Below are positions 54,901 to 63,267 of a DNA stretch of 64,000 bases, one piece after another. How positions within the stretch are numbered: the stretch's first letter is position 1; the number at the start of each line of letters is the position of its first letter. The DNA comes from Anaerolineae bacterium (GTDB lineage Bacteria; Chloroflexota; Anaerolineae; CG2-30-64-16), in the NCBI GenBank assembly GCA_034432655.1, contig DAOUBP010000157.1, positions 6,874 through 70,873 of the forward strand, read 5' to 3'. The position numbers were made by a program, and so were the translations under genes. The notes beneath the pieces are model-generated. The model saw only the letters and a program-made list of their open reading frames with translations. It was not told the origin of the DNA and did no database searches.

Positions 54901-55949
54901 TGATCCTGGCGACAGCCATTCCCTTGGTAACTGGGGGCCAATTGTCCGGTGTCAACCTGGCTGTATTGGCGCTGGTAACCCTGGCAGCCTTCGAAGGGGT
55001 GCTCCCGCTGTCGCAAGCTGCACACGCGCTGCAGACCAGCCTGGCAGCGGCACACCGCCTGTTCGAGCTGATCGCGCAGCCGGCTTATGGCGTGCCGCTG
55101 TCGTCCCCTGCCCCTGTCACCGGCCTGCCGGCCGAAATACGGCCTCTTCCGGCACCGCCAGCGGCCCAACAGCCCCCCACTTTGACCGCCGCCCCACCGC
55201 TCCGGGTGGAGAACCTGACCATGCGCTACGCGGCGGACGAGCTGCCGGCCCTGTGGGATGTGAGCTTTGCCGTGCCGGCTGGCGGCCGGGTTGCCATCGT
55301 GGGGGCCAGCGGCGCGGGGAAATCGTCCCTGGCCGCCGTCCTGCTCCGTCTCTGGGATTACCAGCAGGGCCAGGTGTGGCTGGGTGACTACGAGCTGCGT
55401 GAACTGCCTCCCGAATGGGTACGCCAACAGATTGCAGTCGTAACGCAGCAGGCCCATCTATTCAACGGGACGATACGGGACAACCTCCTGTTGGCCCGAC
55501 CGGAAGCGACCCCAATCGAACTGGAACAGGCGGCGCGCGCAGCACAAATCCACGACTTCATTCGAGCGTTGCCGGCCGGCTATGACACCTGGATCGGCGA
55601 GCATGGCCTGCAGCTCAGCGGAGGGGAGCGTCAACGGCTGGCGATCGCGCGGGCCTTTCTAAAAAACGCTCCCATTTTGATCCTGGATGAGCCAACCGCC
55701 AACCTGGATGCGCACACTGCCCGTGCTTTGCTACAGGCACTTACACCGCTGACTGCGGGCAAGACCACACTCATCATCACCCATCGTCTGGAGCAACTGC
55801 GCGATGACGACCAGGTCCTCCTTCTCAACCGCGGGCGGCTGATAGCAACCGGCTATCACGCAGACCTGCTGGCGCGTGACCCTCTATATCAGCGCCTCTG
55901 GCGGCGCGAACGCGAAACACTGGACGACCAGGCGGGCAGACAATGGTAA
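51993..55949 (+). CDS. cydDC: Fused CydD-CydC thiol-reductant ABC exporter (two TMD-NBD halves in one ORF) with repeat-encoded inserts
   Basis: Two ABC halves, each with Walker A (GPTGAGKST; GASGAGKSS), signature (LSGGQAQR; LSGGERQR) and Walker B. Continuous 1338-aa ORF in the track. Confidence 0.8.
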   Translation: MSKFFDRRLLKEAQERRLGLGLTVALSALAGILTVGQATALSHAVAAVFLANSDLGGVQPWLLALAGLTAARSLAAWGGEVAANRLALQVKSTLRARLMGHILTLGPAYIRGERTGELVNTVTEGVEALDAYFSQYLPQVALAAIVPLAFLAVVFPRDPLSGLVLLLTAPLIPLFMVLIGNVADALTRRQWGALGRMSAHFLDVLQGLTTLKLFGRSREQIAIIRQITDQHRDATLKVLRVAFLSALVLEMVGTISTAIVAVAIGLRLLYGKMLFQDAFFVLILAPEFYLPLRLLGTRFHAGIAGVAAAGRIFQVLETGECRDAATQGREDIGAQRRGDADTETRGREDAGTLRCGGAETQGRSASPSLHVSLSPPLPLRVVFENVSYTYPTRATPALDSISFEIGPGEVVALVGPTGAGKSTVAQLLLGFIRPTTGKITAKIETKPDAHQTVRPDATPQPPASSSRLPTPGSQPPAASPRPPAASLQLPATSFRPAWMPQSPYLFYASVADNIRLGRPAASWEELLRAAEAANADDFIRALPQGYDTVIGERGERLSGGQAQRIALARALLMDAPLVVLDEPTANLDLESEAAVQAGIGRLLQGRSALIIAHRLNTVRAADRIIVLDAGRIVEQGTHDELMARQGSYAQLVTSAQAESAPDAAVSPVSPAADLQTLRRQDLHTAQRGAQDTQHAAHNTQDAIHNTQYGIHNPQSTIIALLSFLAPFWRWVALAVLLGFLAIGSSIGLLGTSAWIIAMAALQPSIAVLQVAIVGVRFFGIARGVFRYLERLVSHQVTFRLLAQLRVWFYSMIEPLAPAQLSGRRSGDLLNRIVSDIAALEQFYVRAVAPPLVALLTSALAVLIVGLHHPVLIGPLLIFLALTGLATPFVVQLLARPVGVEVAESRAALSAALVDGVQGAADLLAFGAEETHLGHIQDLDRRLADGQARTAAITALSTALGILFTWLAATLILATAIPLVTGGQLSGVNLAVLALVTLAAFEGVLPLSQAAHALQTSLAAAHRLFELIAQPAYGVPLSSPAPVTGLPAEIRPLPAPPAAQQPPTLTAAPPLRVENLTMRYAADELPALWDVSFAVPAGGRVAIVGASGAGKSSLAAVLLRLWDYQQGQVWLGDYELRELPPEWVRQQIAVVTQQAHLFNGTIRDNLLLARPEATPIELEQAARAAQIHDFIRALPAGYDTWIGEHGLQLSGGERQRLAIARAFLKNAPILILDEPTANLDAHTARALLQALTPLTAGKTTLIITHRLEQLRDDDQVLLLNRGRLIATGYHADLLARDPLYQRLWRRERETLDDQAGRQW
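52944..53125 (+). repeat. Heptad-periodic GC-rich repeat tract with internal inverted segment inside cydD half (between TMD and NBD)
   Basis: Encodes ETGECRDAATQGREDIGAQRRGDADTETRGREDAGTLRCGGAETQGRSASPSLHVSLSPPLPL. Confidence 0.6.
53377..53478 (+). repeat. Heptad repeat CCAGCTx x~14 inside the CydD NBD (between Walker A and Q-loop)
   Basis: Encodes a Pro/Ala/Ser-rich insert ...PQPPASSSRLPTPGSQPPAASPRPPAASLQLPATSF... Confidence 0.7.
54040..54147 (+). repeat. Heptad repeats (CACGCAA/ATACACA/CCCAATC) forming the CydD-CydC linker
   Basis: Encodes HTAQRGAQDTQHAAHNTQDAIHNTQYGIHNPQSTII. Confidence 0.7.
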
Positions 55950-55997
55950 GGTTTTGGGCAAATGTTCACCGCTACCACAGGAGGCCCCTGACCCCAG

Positions 55998-56024
55998 CCC
56001 GCCCCCCGCTTGGCGGGGGGCGGG
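55998..56024 (+). terminator. GC-rich hairpin CCCGCCCCCCGC-ttg-GCGGGGGGCGGG after cydDC (no U-tract)
   Basis: Seen directly. Confidence 0.35.
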
Positions 56025-56161
56025 AGGCATCACTGATCTGGAAGCATGACAAGCCCAGTTTTGGGGCCCACAAGAGGATTATGGTATACTCATCACCTAC
56101 AAAGGCAGCCCCAAATGATTGGGGCTGTGTGTTTTGAATCAAGGCAGGAGGCGGTTTTACT

Positions 56162-56386
56162 GTGAAGATCTATCTGTATCTGGCGCAGATCATCCTCGCC
56201 ATTGTCATCATGGCGTTGGTGCTCATTCAGGCCAAAGACGCGGGCCTTAGCAACGTCTTCGGCGGCAGCGATATGGGCGTAGCCAGGACCCGCCGCGGCG
56301 TAGAAAAGACGCTATTCAACGCAACCATTGTCACGGGCATCCTCTTCCTGGTGCTCGCCCTCGTCACCGTCATCATCGCCGGGTAA
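56162..56386 (+). CDS. secG: Preprotein translocase subunit SecG
   Basis: GTG start after GGAGG. VLIQAKDAGLSNVFGG SecG motif. Two TM helices. Confidence 0.8.
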   Translation: MKIYLYLAQIILAIVIMALVLIQAKDAGLSNVFGGSDMGVARTRRGVEKTLFNATIVTGILFLVLALVTVIIAG

Positions 56387-56388
56387 CC

Positions 56389-58053
56389 TTGGGCAAATAC
56401 TTACGTTGGCAGGCGGTCATTGCCTTTTTGGGCGTTCTCTTGCTGGCCGCCCTGCTGCACTATTCCGCCTACAACTTCACCAGCGTAACCGTACCGGAGC
56501 GGGGAGGTACGCTGGTGGAGGGAATAGCCGGGAATCCGCAATATGTGAATCCCCTCCTCAGCCAGTACAACCAGGTAGACGAGGTGCTTTGCGCCTTGCT
56601 CTTCAATGGTTTGACGCGGCTGGACGAACGCGGCAACGTGGTCCCTGACCTGGCCGATACCCTGACCATTGCCCCCGATGGCCTCACCTATGATTTCCGT
56701 CTGCGTTCCGGCCTCTACTGGCACGATGGCGTCCCTGTCACCGCGGCAGATGTCCTTTTCACAATAGGGGCGATGCAGTCAGATGACTTCCCGGGCGTTT
56801 CATGGCTGAGGACGTTCTGGCAGGCGGTGGAGGTGTCTGCGCCTGACGGGCCCGATGGCCTGGCGGTGCGGTTTCAGCTCCAGCAGCCCCTGGCTACTTT
56901 CCTGGATTACACCACTATCGGCCTGTTGCCGGCGCATCTCTGGGAAAAGGTGCCGGTCGCCGAGATGATGGCATCGCAGTTCAACACCCGACCGGTGGGC
57001 ACCGGGCCGTTCCAGCTGACCCAGATCACCGCTACCCGGGCGGAACTAAGTGTCAACCCACGTTATCATGGCCCTACACCCTACCTGACCGGCATCAAAT
57101 TTCGCTTCTATCCCGATCATCAAAGCCTGCTACCGGCCTACGATCGGGGAGAGATAGATGCCATCAGCTGGCTCTGGCCTGAAGACATGGCCGAGGCGGG
57201 CCAACGGCAGGATTTGCAGCTTTTCACCGCTCCCCTGGCCGGCTATACATTGGTATATCTGAACCTGCAAAACACCAACGTGGCCTTTTTCCAGGAGACA
57301 GCAGTGCGTCAGGCGCTCTTGTATGCCCTGGATCGGCAAGCCCTGCTGGATAAGCTGGAAAACGGCCAGGGGCTGGTGGCGCACACGCCGGTCCTGCCTG
57401 GCTCGTGGGCCTATGAACCACAGGTCAAGCAATATAGCTTCAACCCTGCAGAGGCGAAACGCCTGCTGGAAGAAGCCGGCTGGACCGACAACGATGGGGA
57501 CGGCGTGCGAGAGCGCGATGGGATTGCGCTCCGCTTTGTGCTCTTGGGCAAAGACCAGGCCTGGCTGGACGCTCTGTCGTCGGCCTGGGCTGCTATCGGC
57601 GTCCAGGCTGTTCCGCAAGCGGTCACCCTGGCCGGATTGACGCGAGATTTCCTGGCCCCACGCGCCTTCGACGCGGCAATAGTAAGTTGGGAGTTGTCCG
57701 GCGACCCTGACCCATATCCCCTCTGGCACTCGACACAGGCACAAAACGGACAAAACTTCGGAGGCTGGTCGAACCGTCAAGCGGATGAAGCGATCGAGCG
57801 GGCGCGCTCGATCAACGATCGGGAACTGCGAAGGGGTTACTACGCGGAGTTCCAACGCATCTTTGCCGAAGAGATGCCTGCTTTGCTCCTGTACTACCCC
57901 GTGTACACCTACGGCGTGCGCTCCAAGATCCACAACGTTCAGATGGGCCCGCTCAACAGTCCGGCCGATCGTTTCCGCACCATCGCCGACTGGTACATCG
58001 TGACCAAACGTATCACAGTCAGCAACGCGGGACTTGACAGCGCAAGGCAATAG
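56389..58053 (+). CDS. ABC transporter substrate-binding protein, family 5 (Opp/Dpp-like)
   Basis: SBP_bac_5 architecture. N-terminal hydrophobic anchor. TTG start. Confidence 0.85.
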   Translation: MGKYLRWQAVIAFLGVLLLAALLHYSAYNFTSVTVPERGGTLVEGIAGNPQYVNPLLSQYNQVDEVLCALLFNGLTRLDERGNVVPDLADTLTIAPDGLTYDFRLRSGLYWHDGVPVTAADVLFTIGAMQSDDFPGVSWLRTFWQAVEVSAPDGPDGLAVRFQLQQPLATFLDYTTIGLLPAHLWEKVPVAEMMASQFNTRPVGTGPFQLTQITATRAELSVNPRYHGPTPYLTGIKFRFYPDHQSLLPAYDRGEIDAISWLWPEDMAEAGQRQDLQLFTAPLAGYTLVYLNLQNTNVAFFQETAVRQALLYALDRQALLDKLENGQGLVAHTPVLPGSWAYEPQVKQYSFNPAEAKRLLEEAGWTDNDGDGVRERDGIALRFVLLGKDQAWLDALSSAWAAIGVQAVPQAVTLAGLTRDFLAPRAFDAAIVSWELSGDPDPYPLWHSTQAQNGQNFGGWSNRQADEAIERARSINDRELRRGYYAEFQRIFAEEMPALLLYYPVYTYGVRSKIHNVQMGPLNSPADRFRTIADWYIVTKRITVSNAGLDSARQ

Positions 58054-58062
58054 TGGTATAAA
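58034..58062 (+). promoter_or_regulatory. Promoter TTGACA / 17 bp / TGgTATAAA upstream of tRNA-Leu
   Basis: Read directly; overlaps the SBP 3' end. Confidence 0.45.
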
Positions 58063-58088
58063 ATAGGCCGTAACAAGCATAGACCTAT

Positions 58089-58176
58089 GCCGAAGTGGCG
58101 GAATGGCAGACGCGCTAGGTTCAGGACCTAGTGAGGATTAGACCTCGTGTGGGTTCAACTCCCACCTTCGGCACCA
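58089..58176 (+). tRNA. tRNA-Leu (anticodon CAG), long variable arm, encoded CCA
   Basis: Acceptor GCCGAAG/CTTCGGC. Anticodon loop TTCAGGA. T-arm GGTTCAACTCC. Confidence 0.85.
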
Positions 58177-58249
58177 CGTTTCGTAAGAATCCCACGCACG
58201 ATTGTCGTGGGATTCTGCGCTTGAAGGCCACAGAAGACTGGAGGATGGC

Positions 58250-58654
58250 ATGTCCGCAGACCGCGGGTGGCGGCGTCTGCCGAGCCGCGAACACTGGCTC
58301 TTGCTAGTCGGTATTGCGGCACTGGTCTTCTTCGCCTTCGGTTTCGTGGAATTGACCGTCACCCGGCAGAATTTGATGGCTCGTTACGAACGTGCCGCCG
58401 GGCGGGTGGAACGGATGCGAGAGCAAAACGCTCTTCTGCAACCAGAACTGACCCGGGGCCAACAAGATGAACATCTGCCCGGGCGGGCGTGGCAATACTT
58501 CGGGCAGACCCCGCCGGGGGCTGGGGTGATCATTGCCGAACCGCCAACAATGGCAGCGCCGCAGCCAGCCGCAACGACATCGGCAACGCGGGAACCTGTT
58601 TGGATTGTGGTCTGGAAACGTTTGATCGGGGCTTTGACAAATCGGCGGTTTTGA
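58250..58654 (+). CDS. Hypothetical small membrane protein, FtsB/DivIC (septum formation initiator)-like
   Basis: Single TM (WLLLVGIAALVFFAFGF) followed by a coiled coil (NLMARYERAAGRVERMREQNALLQ). Confidence 0.4.
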   Translation: MSADRGWRRLPSREHWLLLVGIAALVFFAFGFVELTVTRQNLMARYERAAGRVERMREQNALLQPELTRGQQDEHLPGRAWQYFGQTPPGAGVIIAEPPTMAAPQPAATTSATREPVWIVVWKRLIGALTNRRF

Positions 58655-58661
58655 TTATAAT
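58634..58661 (+). promoter_or_regulatory. Consensus promoter TTGACA / 16 bp / TATAAT for initiator tRNA
   Basis: Read directly; 12 nt upstream of the tRNA 5' end. Confidence 0.55.
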
Positions 58662-58673
58662 ATAAGTCAGTGA

Positions 58674-58747
<74 letters not shown>

Positions 58748-58750
58748 TCG

Positions 58751-58788
58751 TAAGCCTGATAGCAAAAGCTATCAGGCTTATTCTTTTG
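58751..58788 (+). terminator. Rho-independent terminator (TAAGCCTGATAGC-aaaa-GCTATCAGGCTTA + TTCTTTT)
   Basis: Seen directly after the tRNA-fMet. Confidence 0.6.
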
Positions 58789-58852
58789 CGGAACTAATCA
58801 CAGCGTGAGCCCGTCGGGCCTTTTCAGGCTGAGAAGCGCAATCGGCTGCGAT

Positions 58853-58881
58853 TTGACCGCGGAGCCCTACTTGCATATAAT
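58853..58881 (+). promoter_or_regulatory. Promoter TTGACC / 17 bp / TATAAT upstream of tRNA-Met
   Basis: Read directly. Confidence 0.5.
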
Positions 58882-58894
58882 GTAAATGGCTTAC

Positions 58895-58968
58895 GGCGAC
58901 GTAGCTCAGTGGCAGAGCAAGCGGCTCATAATCGCTGGGTCGACAGTTCAAGTCTGTCCGTCGCCACC
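58895..58968 (+). tRNA. tRNA with CAT anticodon (elongator Met or lysidine Ile2)
   Basis: Acceptor GGCGACG/CGTCGCC. Loop CTCATAA. T-arm GACAGTTCAAGTCTGTC. Confidence 0.8.
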
Positions 58969-59006
58969 TGAGCAGGTGGCCCATTGACCACCATTCAATC
59001 CGATAA

Positions 59007-59050
59007 CGCCCTGTCGCAGGTCCATGGCCGCGCCAGGGCGTTTTGTATTT
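59007..59050. terminator. Hairpin CGCCCTG...CAGGGCG followed by TTTTGTATTT
   Basis: Seen directly between the tRNA and the msrA 3' end. Confidence 0.4.
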
Positions 59051-59613
59051 CACCGCTTCAATTTCGCCATGAACTCTTTCCGAAATTTGGCCACCTTCGG
59101 CGCGATCACAAAGGCGCAGTAGCCCTGTCCGGGATTGCGGGCGAAGTACTCCTGATGATACGCCTCGGCCGGGTAAAAAGCTGTGAATGGCGTCACCTCG
59201 GTGACGATCGGCCGGGGCCACAGCCTGGCCGCATTCAACTCGGCGATCATTTGTTCCGCTACCGCCTTCTGCTCAGGCGAGTGGTAGAAAATCGCCGAGC
59301 GGTATTGCGTCCCCACATCGGCGCCCTGACGGTTGAGGGTCGTCGGATCATGTATGGCAAAAAAGACCTGCAGAATCTCACGAAAGCTGATGGTCTGCGG
59401 GTCAAAGGTCACCTGAACCACCTCAGCATGGCCGGTCGTGCCGGTACACACTTGTTCGTACGAAGGGTTGGGAACATGCCCGCCGGCATAGCCGGAGACG
59501 ACATCCTCGACCCCGCGCAACTGGTCATAAACTGCCTCCAGGCACCAAAAGCAACCACCGCCCAAGGTGGCAACTTCTTTGCGGCCTGATTCTGGTTGTC
59601 CTGTATTGCTCAT
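59050..59613 (-). CDS. msrA: Peptide-methionine (S)-S-oxide reductase
   Basis: [12 protein letters not shown] active-site motif. Confidence 0.9.
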   Translation of the reverse strand: MSNTGQPESGRKEVATLGGGCFWCLEAVYDQLRGVEDVVSGYAGGHVPNPSYEQVCTGTTGHAEVVQVTFDPQTISFREILQVFFAIHDPTTLNRQGADVGTQYRSAIFYHSPEQKAVAEQMIAELNAARLWPRPIVTEVTPFTAFYPAEAYHQEYFARNPGQGYCAFVIAPKVAKFRKEFMAKLKR

Positions 59614-59649
59614 GGCATCTCGCTCTCAAGAATAAGTTGTTGCCGGGCC

Positions 59650-61209
59650 TTACACCCGTTCGCTGATCACTTTGGCCTGCATGAAAAGCAACAAATAGTC
59701 GCTGCCGCCGGCCTTCGAGTCGGTACCGCTCATATTGAAGCCGCCGAAGGGATGCACCCCCACCAACGCATGGGTGCACTTACGGTTCAGATACAGGTTG
59801 CCGCAATGGAACTCCTCGCGGGCGCGTGCCAGCCGATCGCGACGCATGGAGTAGACGCTGCCCGTCAGGCCGTACTCGGTGTTGTTGGCAATCGCCAGGC
59901 CATCCTCAAAGTCCCTAGCCTTGATGACCGACAACACCGGGCCGAAGATTTCCTCTTGCGCCAGCCGGGCATGCGGTGAAATCTCGGCAAAAATCGTGGG
60001 CTCCAGGAAGTAGCCACCGCTCGGCACTGAAATGGCTTTTCCGCCGGTCACCAGCCGGCCTTCCCGCTTGCCGACCTCGATGTACTCCAGGTGTTTCGCC
60101 AACGCGTTCCCATCTATCACCGGCCCCATGTCCACCTCGGGCCCCAGCGCCGGATCGTCCACCCTCAGGCGCTCGGTGCGCTCAACGATTTTGGCCAGCA
60201 AGGCATCATAGATCGGCTCGACCAGGATCGCCCGAGAGCAGGCCGAACACTTCTGACCCTGATAACCGAAGGCGGCTGCCACGATGCCGGCCGCTGCTTC
60301 GTCCAGATCGGCGGTTTCGTCCACCAGGATCGCATCCTTGCCCCCCATTTCCAGGATGGTGCGCTTAAGCCACTTCTGGCCGGGATGAACCAGCGCAGCG
60401 CGCTGGAAGATACGGAGGCCCACCTCCTTGCTGCCGGTGAACGCAATGAAACGGGTCAGAGGATGATCCACCAGCACGTCCCCCACCGCGCTGCCGGGCC
60501 CCGGCACGAAGTTCAGCACACCGGGGGGCAGGTACAGTTCGTCGTTGAACAGCTCAGCCAGCCAGGCTGCGATGACAGGGGTGGCGCTGGCCGGTTTCAA
60601 TACCGCAGTGTTGCCGCTGACAATGGTGGCCGTGGTCATGCCGGTCATGATAGCGCAGGGAAAATTCCAGGGCGGAATGACCACCCCGACCCCCAACGGG
60701 ATATAGTGCAGTTCGGTCTCGTGGTTCGGTTCGGGCAGCGTGGGGAGCGGACAACATAGCCGCAGCATCTCGCGACCGTAAAACTCCAGAAAATCAATCG
60801 CCTCGGCCGTATCTGCATCCGCTTCAGCCCAGGTCTTGCCCGCCTCCAGCACCATCAGCGCGCTGAACTCATGTTTGCGTTGACGCATGAGTTTGGCTGC
60901 CGAGAACAGATAGCGCGCCCGCTCGACGGCCGGCACCCGTCGCCAGCTTTCAAAGGCCTCGGCCGCAGCGCGCACGGCACGGTCAGCCAGCTCCGGAGTA
61001 GCCTTGCTCACCCGCCCGATGATCTCAGCAGGATTAGCAGGGTTGATAGAGACGAAAGTGTCTTTTGTATAGATTTTCTCGCCGCCGATGATGAGCGGAT
61101 AGGTGCGCCCGAGGTTGGCCCGCACCTTCTCCAGCGCGGCGCGAAAGGCCGCCACGTTCTCAGGGACGCTGAAATCGGTCAACGGCTCATTGCTAAACGG
61201 CTTCTTCAT
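59650..61209 (-). CDS. L-glutamate gamma-semialdehyde (1-pyrroline-5-carboxylate) dehydrogenase, aldehyde dehydrogenase family
   Basis: [10 protein letters not shown] and [13 protein letters not shown] catalytic motifs. Start MKKPF after CGGGGAGGA RBS. Confidence 0.85.
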   Translation of the reverse strand: MKKPFSNEPLTDFSVPENVAAFRAALEKVRANLGRTYPLIIGGEKIYTKDTFVSINPANPAEIIGRVSKATPELADRAVRAAAEAFESWRRVPAVERARYLFSAAKLMRQRKHEFSALMVLEAGKTWAEADADTAEAIDFLEFYGREMLRLCCPLPTLPEPNHETELHYIPLGVGVVIPPWNFPCAIMTGMTTATIVSGNTAVLKPASATPVIAAWLAELFNDELYLPPGVLNFVPGPGSAVGDVLVDHPLTRFIAFTGSKEVGLRIFQRAALVHPGQKWLKRTILEMGGKDAILVDETADLDEAAAGIVAAAFGYQGQKCSACSRAILVEPIYDALLAKIVERTERLRVDDPALGPEVDMGPVIDGNALAKHLEYIEVGKREGRLVTGGKAISVPSGGYFLEPTIFAEISPHARLAQEEIFGPVLSVIKARDFEDGLAIANNTEYGLTGSVYSMRRDRLARAREEFHCGNLYLNRKCTHALVGVHPFGGFNMSGTDSKAGGSDYLLLFMQAKVISERV

Positions 61210-61322
61210 GGCAGATTCCTCCCCGACACTCTTGGATTTTGCACAAACATAACACAAAAGACGGAGGCGGTCTGTAACTGGTTTCTCACTTACGAGGGAG
61301 GAACATGTTCGCAACAAACGCC

Positions 61323-61360
61323 TGCAAAAAAACAACGCAGCCGGTGGGGGACCGGCTGCG
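61323..61360 (-). terminator. Rho-independent terminator for the DinB-family gene (CGCAGCCGGT-ccccc-ACCGGCTGCG + TTGTTTTTTTG on the minus strand)
   Basis: Seen directly. Confidence 0.55.
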
Positions 61361-61398
61361 CAAATAAGGAATCTACCGAACGGAAAGCAAAAGGGGAT

Positions 61399-61887
61399 CT
61401 AGTCGCAGCCTTCCAGGCAATCCTTCTGATACTTCTGGAGCGGCTTGGCGTGCTCCGTATAATGCTCGGCCATGCTATACAAGAAGTCCACCAAAGACAT
61501 CTTCTCGCCCCACGGCGCCTTGCCCTCGGCGGCCAGCGTTTTGTCGTCGAGGACATCCAACAGATGCATCATCTGCCGATGCGCGCTGGTCAGACCATCC
61601 ACCACCGTGATCAGAGGCAGAGAGGCGCGCTCGTGTACCTGGTGTTCATTCCAGGCATCATCGTAAACCACACCTTCCTGCCAGGGGCGCCGGTCTCGCC
61701 AGGCCCGGGCCGTCTGAACCGCCTCTTCGGCCCACGACCACAAATGGGCAATCACATCTTTCACCGTCCAATGCCCTTCCACAGGCGTTGAGACCAACTC
61801 CTCTTCGGTCAGTTGTCCCAAACAGTCCATCAACGTCTTGAAGCTTCGATCCAGGGCATCGAACGTCTCTTCCCTCGTGTGCACCAC
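61399..61887 (-). CDS. DinB/YfiT-like (DinB_2) family protein
   Basis: Conserved His ligands in helix-bundle context (DVIAHLWSW, HYTEH). Confidence 0.75.
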   Translation of the reverse strand: MVHTREETFDALDRSFKTLMDCLGQLTEEELVSTPVEGHWTVKDVIAHLWSWAEEAVQTARAWRDRRPWQEGVVYDDAWNEHQVHERASLPLITVVDGLTSAHRQMMHLLDVLDDKTLAAEGKAPWGEKMSLVDFLYSMAEHYTEHAKPLQKYQKDCLEGCD

Positions 61888-61899
61888 TTGACACCTCCT

Positions 61900-62667
61900 T
61901 TACCGCTCTGCACGCACACGCGCCAGCCCTGTGTACACATTCAGGCTGCCGCGCCGAACGTAACCGACCACGGTCACGTTCCACACCTCTGCCAGCGCTA
62001 ACGTCAAAGTCGTCGGTGACGTGCGGCTAGCCACGATCGGCGCCCGCATCCGGGCTGCCTTACGCAACATCTCGGAACTGATCCGCCCCGTCGTGAGCAC
62101 GATCCGATCCTGTGTCGCAATCCCTTCGACCAGGCACCGGCCCCACAATTTATCAACGGCATTATGCCGTCCTACATCCTCTGCCACGGCCAACAGCCGC
62201 TCACCATCCGCCAGGGCCGCGGTGTGAATGCCGCGGATGCGTTGCCCCTCCTGAAGCATAAACAACAGACGTCCCAACTGATCGGCCGTCACGGTCAGAT
62301 TGGAATCCAGCGGCTCCACCTTCTCCGTCAGATCTGCAAACGTAATGCCGCCGCCGCAGCCGCTGGTCAAAACCCGGGCAGTCGGCAGCGCGCGACCGGC
62401 GTCCCATAGCCATACCTCAACGCACGTGCCACTGGGACAGACCACGATGCGCCGCACATCCGAGAAGCTCTCAATGATCCCCTCACTGCGCAAAAAGCCT
62501 ACCGCCAGGTGGTCCAGAGCAACCGGTGTGCACATGATCATGGCCAGCTCCTGCCCGTTCACATGGATGCGAACCAAGCCCTCCCGCACCACCTGGGTGG
62601 TCACGTTGGAGAACTGGCCGCTCTCATAGCGCAGGTGCACCACCTCCTGACTGACTGACATGCTCAC
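61900..62667 (-). CDS. fdhD: Formate dehydrogenase accessory sulfurtransferase FdhD
   Basis: GRHNAVDKLWG motif and conserved Cys (CPSGTC). Confidence 0.85.
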   Translation of the reverse strand: MSMSVSQEVVHLRYESGQFSNVTTQVVREGLVRIHVNGQELAMIMCTPVALDHLAVGFLRSEGIIESFSDVRRIVVCPSGTCVEVWLWDAGRALPTARVLTSGCGGGITFADLTEKVEPLDSNLTVTADQLGRLLFMLQEGQRIRGIHTAALADGERLLAVAEDVGRHNAVDKLWGRCLVEGIATQDRIVLTTGRISSEMLRKAARMRAPIVASRTSPTTLTLALAEVWNVTVVGYVRRGSLNVYTGLARVRAER

Positions 62668-62856
62668 TCCTCAGCAAACACGCAATATTATAACCTGTGT
62701 GCGGTGACATGTGCAAAGTCATCGTCAACCCTCTTGTTCCTCTGCGGCACGTGCAAATTTGACACATCGGTTCGCTTCAGGTATACAGTTTTATCAGTGT
62801 CCAGAAGTCGTCGGTCTGCAATAGGCCAGCGACGATTTTTATGCCTAGCAAGGAGT

Positions 62857-63156
62857 ATGGTTGTGAAAAAGGAACCGGTTGCGAACAGCTCGAAGGTCTC
62901 GGTCACCTTCGAAATGCCGTCTGACATCCAGGCCGCGAGCCTGGCGGTGGTGGGAGATTTCAACAAGTGGGATCCGGCAGCGGGTCAAATGAAGCGACGG
63001 AAAGACGGTACATGGGCCAGGACGATCCGCTTGGATCCGGGCACCTATCGTTTTCGGTATGTGACGGGCGACAACGTCTGGTATAACGATCCTGAGGCCG
63101 ATGGTTACGAGCCTTCTGGCCTGGGCGAGGACAACTGCATTCTGGTGGTCGGGTAA
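62857..63156 (+). CDS. Small glycogen-binding (CBM48/AMPK-beta GBD-like) domain protein
   Basis: VTFEMPSDIQAASLAVVGDFNKWDP...GTYRFRYVTGDNVWYNDPEA. AAGGAG RBS. Confidence 0.55.
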   Translation: MVVKKEPVANSSKVSVTFEMPSDIQAASLAVVGDFNKWDPAAGQMKRRKDGTWARTIRLDPGTYRFRYVTGDNVWYNDPEADGYEPSGLGEDNCILVVG

Positions 63157-63200
63157 ATCAGCCAGGCCCCCCTGCCGTAACTACAGGTGATCACAAAAAG

Positions 63201-63241
63201 AGAGGCCGCCTTCCTGTGCATGAAAGGCGGCCTCTTTTTTT
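63201..63241. terminator. Bidirectional rho-independent terminator (AGAGGCCGCC...GGCGGCCTCT flanked by A-run and TTTTTTT)
   Basis: Seen directly between convergent genes. Confidence 0.65.
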
Positions 63242-63267
63242 GACCTTTGCACGACTGCCAGGAGTCG

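Noticed and set aside
56040-56136. Possible secG promoter (TGgTATACT extended -10) and terminator-like hairpin CAGCCCCA-aatgat-TGGGGCTG + TGTTTTG in the secG leader
   Set aside because: The promoter call is weak with no clear -35. The hairpin could equally be the cydDC terminator or an attenuator, so it is left as an observation only.
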